A stretch of 64,000 nt of DNA, taken from an uncultured Gammaproteobacteria bacterium. Lineage in GTDB: Bacteria; Patescibacteriota; Microgenomatia; CAYQLK01. Positions 61,928-64,000 of this stretch are shown here, in pieces (the first letter of the stretch is position 1; each line of letters opens with the position of its first letter). The translations under genes were made by a program, and so were the position numbers. The notes beneath the pieces were generated by a model, which saw only the letters and a program-made list of their open reading frames with translations, was not told the DNA's origin and made no database searches. Location of the stretch: the NCBI GenBank assembly GCA_964404855.1, contig CAYOLO010000001.1, positions 297,322-361,321 of the forward strand, written 5' to 3'.

Positions 61928-64000
61928 ACTTCTACTAAATGTCGTCCTTGGCGGATTTGTTTTACTTGCGGCAATTGCCATTAAGGGAGCGGTAAGTGAT
62001 GAGGTGTACGCGGTTGATAAATACGTCAGTGCGTATTTTTCTAACACTGAAAATGTTCCACTGAATGTTTATTTTGTATATCTGTACGGAAATTGTCCAA
62101 ACGTTCAGTACGACCCCAGTACGATTCCGGGGTGTTACAGAATTACCGATCCGGGCGGAATGAATTATGGATTTTTGCCGGCAGCAAACGGTTCAAGTTA
62201 CAATTGGAGGTCGGCCTATCCCGTTTTGGCGTTGGGGGAAAATCCGCCTTATTATGTGTGGTGGTATGCCACGTATCAAAGCGGAGTGCAGTGCGTTGAT
62301 CCGACTGACGGGATTCCGGCGACCGAAAACCCGCTTTTTTATCGTGTGACTATAAGTGTTAGTTGTGATTTCCCTGATTATGTTCCTCCAACAAATACAC
62401 CAACTCCAACACCACCTCTAGTTGTTTCTAGTGCAAGCGCTAATCCATATTGTTATGAGAATGATTCTAAAGTTGATTTTTCGTGGGGGCGAGTACAGTC
62501 TGGGTGGAATTATGAAGTAACATGGACAGTTATTTCTACAGGTCAAGTGTTTACACAAACTGTTGGAGACATAAGTACATTAACGGCAAATGGTTTTACT
62601 CCAGGTGTTGGCATTTCATGGTCAGTTAGACCCTATTTAGGGAGTAATATTGGACCGTCAAGATCGGGAAATAATTTTACGACTGCGACGAATGTTTGCG
62701 GCGGTGGAACACCAACAAATACACCAACTCCAACTCCATCTTCTGGTAGTTGGTCAATTACAACAAGTGAGGTTTGTTCAGCTGGGAGGGTTAATGTCAC
62801 AGTTAATTATTCAATACCATCAGGGAATCAGGGGTATTTGCAGTCGATTCAGTTTGGTTGGAGTCAATCGACATTTGGTGCACTGTCGGGAAGCGGATCG
62901 AGGGTTTATACGGGTTTGAATCAAGGGACATATTATTATGTAGCGCTAAGAAATTATTCAAGCTTGGCTATTATGGCTAATAATGGAGGAGCAACTTCAA
63001 GATCTGATTGTGGCGGGGGCACGCCGACTCCGACACCGACAACAACACCACCAAGCCCAACACCAACACTACCACCTCCTCCACCAAGTTTTAATGTAAG
63101 TTCAGATTGTGGATTTGGTGCTGCACGAATAAGAATGAGTTCTTATTCTTCAGGCTTTGTGGTTGTGTATAAAGTAATTGATACAACAACGGGTAATATG
63201 GTCGGATATTATGAGGCGGTTGGTCTTGATTATGATAACTTCACAGGACTTGCCAGTAATCGTAGATATCGTGCGGAATTTAGGAATGGGGGATCAACCG
63301 CGCCGGCAAATGCAAATGGACCAATTATTTATCAAGCTGATGTTATAACTGGAAATTGTGCTCCTCCGCCGACCGCTACTCCGACTCCTACACCTCCACC
63401 TGTGTCTTGGGATGTTAATGGGGCGGGTGAATGTTACAACTCCTCGGGTGGGGTGGTGAGGTTTAATGTTTCTGCTCCGGCTGTGTGGTATGTTGTTGAT
63501 ACTGCTTCAGGTTCAAATCCGACTTACTCTGGAAACGCTGGAACCTTTACTAATCTACTTGGTGGAGTATATCCATTTGGAGTGTCGGGAACGATTAGTT
63601 TGTATAGCGGAAGTTACAATTCTGGAGTATTGAGGGATAGTTTTTCTTACACAATACCAACTGCTGTGGCTTGTGGTGTGGCACCAACCGCTACGCCAAC
63701 ACCTACACCGGTTCCACAATCTTGGAGTATGACTGGGGCGTCTGAGTGTTGGCCTCAAACACCGCCAAGTACAGGGGGGGTTATTAGGTTTAATGTAAAT
63801 TCTACATCTAGTTGGTACATAATGAACTCTTTTTCTCCAGCCAGTTTACCTTATACCTCTGGTAGTTCTGGGAGTTATGTAAATCTTTTGGCAGGAGTGT
63901 ATTCTTTTGATGCGTCGGGAACTTTGAGTTTGTATTCTGGAACATATCCAACTGGTGTTTTGAGAGCTAGCCAAGTTTTTACTATTCCAAGCTCGACCGA
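61905..64000 (+). CDS. large secreted modular protein (Cys-bounded FN3/Ig-like domains with PT linkers), 3' truncated by window
   Basis: open from ATG 61905 (MKMRSLNRLLLNVVLGGFVLLAAIAI...) to window end; missing from the ORF track because no stop is reached. Confidence 0.85.
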   Translation, partial: MKMRSLNRLLLNVVLGGFVLLAAIAIKGAVSDEVYAVDKYVSAYFSNTENVPLNVYFVYLYGNCPNVQYDPSTIPGCYRITDPGGMNYGFLPAANGSSYNWRSAYPVLALGENPPYYVWWYATYQSGVQCVDPTDGIPATENPLFYRVTISVSCDFPDYVPPTNTPTPTPPLVVSSASANPYCYENDSKVDFSWGRVQSGWNYEVTWTVISTGQVFTQTVGDISTLTANGFTPGVGISWSVRPYLGSNIGPSRSGNNFTTATNVCGGGTPTNTPTPTPSSGSWSITTSEVCSAGRVNVTVNYSIPSGNQGYLQSIQFGWSQSTFGALSGSGSRVYTGLNQGTYYYVALRNYSSLAIMANNGGATSRSDCGGGTPTPTPTTTPPSPTPTLPPPPPSFNVSSDCGFGAARIRMSSYSSGFVVVYKVIDTTTGNMVGYYEAVGLDYDNFTGLASNRRYRAEFRNGGSTAPANANGPIIYQADVITGNCAPPPTATPTPTPPPVSWDVNGAGECYNSSGGVVRFNVSAPAVWYVVDTASGSNPTYSGNAGTFTNLLGGVYPFGVSGTISLYSGSYNSGVLRDSFSYTIPTAVACGVAPTATPTPTPVPQSWSMTGASECWPQTPPSTGGVIRFNVNSTSSWYIMNSFSPASLPYTSGSSGSYVNLLAGVYSFDASGTLSLYSGTYPTGVLRASQVFTIPSST

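Overview
Low-GC, code-11 bacterial chromosome segment whose gene content and ribosome features suggest Patescibacteria (CPR), probably Microgenomates-like (inference, no search run). Housekeeping genes: pgk end, gap, S1, radA, PIN/TRAM, rho, LysM-M23, obgE, leuS, split comEC, argS, M16 peptidase, ndk. It also holds 4 tRNAs and unlinked 23S and 5S rRNA genes with no 16S. Accessory content: (1) a 4.77-kb element at the tRNA-Pro(CGG) 3' end whose large serine recombinase gene appears split by its own attP, so excision would add about 50 in-frame residues; its cargo is a TerS-like protein, an HTH-HEPN protein and an Erm-like methyltransferase. (2) An unannotated ~410-nt structured RNA with a nested antisense sRNA that shares two direct repeats with it (8217-8800). 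(3) A sortase network: two sortases, an LPKTG protein, two proteins with a non-canonical RADTG signal, and a shared promoter motif. (4) A 22-kb minus-strand surface-structure cluster with WxL/Csc-like mosaic paralogues, a 2556-aa adhesin and an integrase-N-domain/fibre fusion. (5) Families of REP-like palindromes. All calls come from reading motifs by eye; no database searches or folding programs were run.
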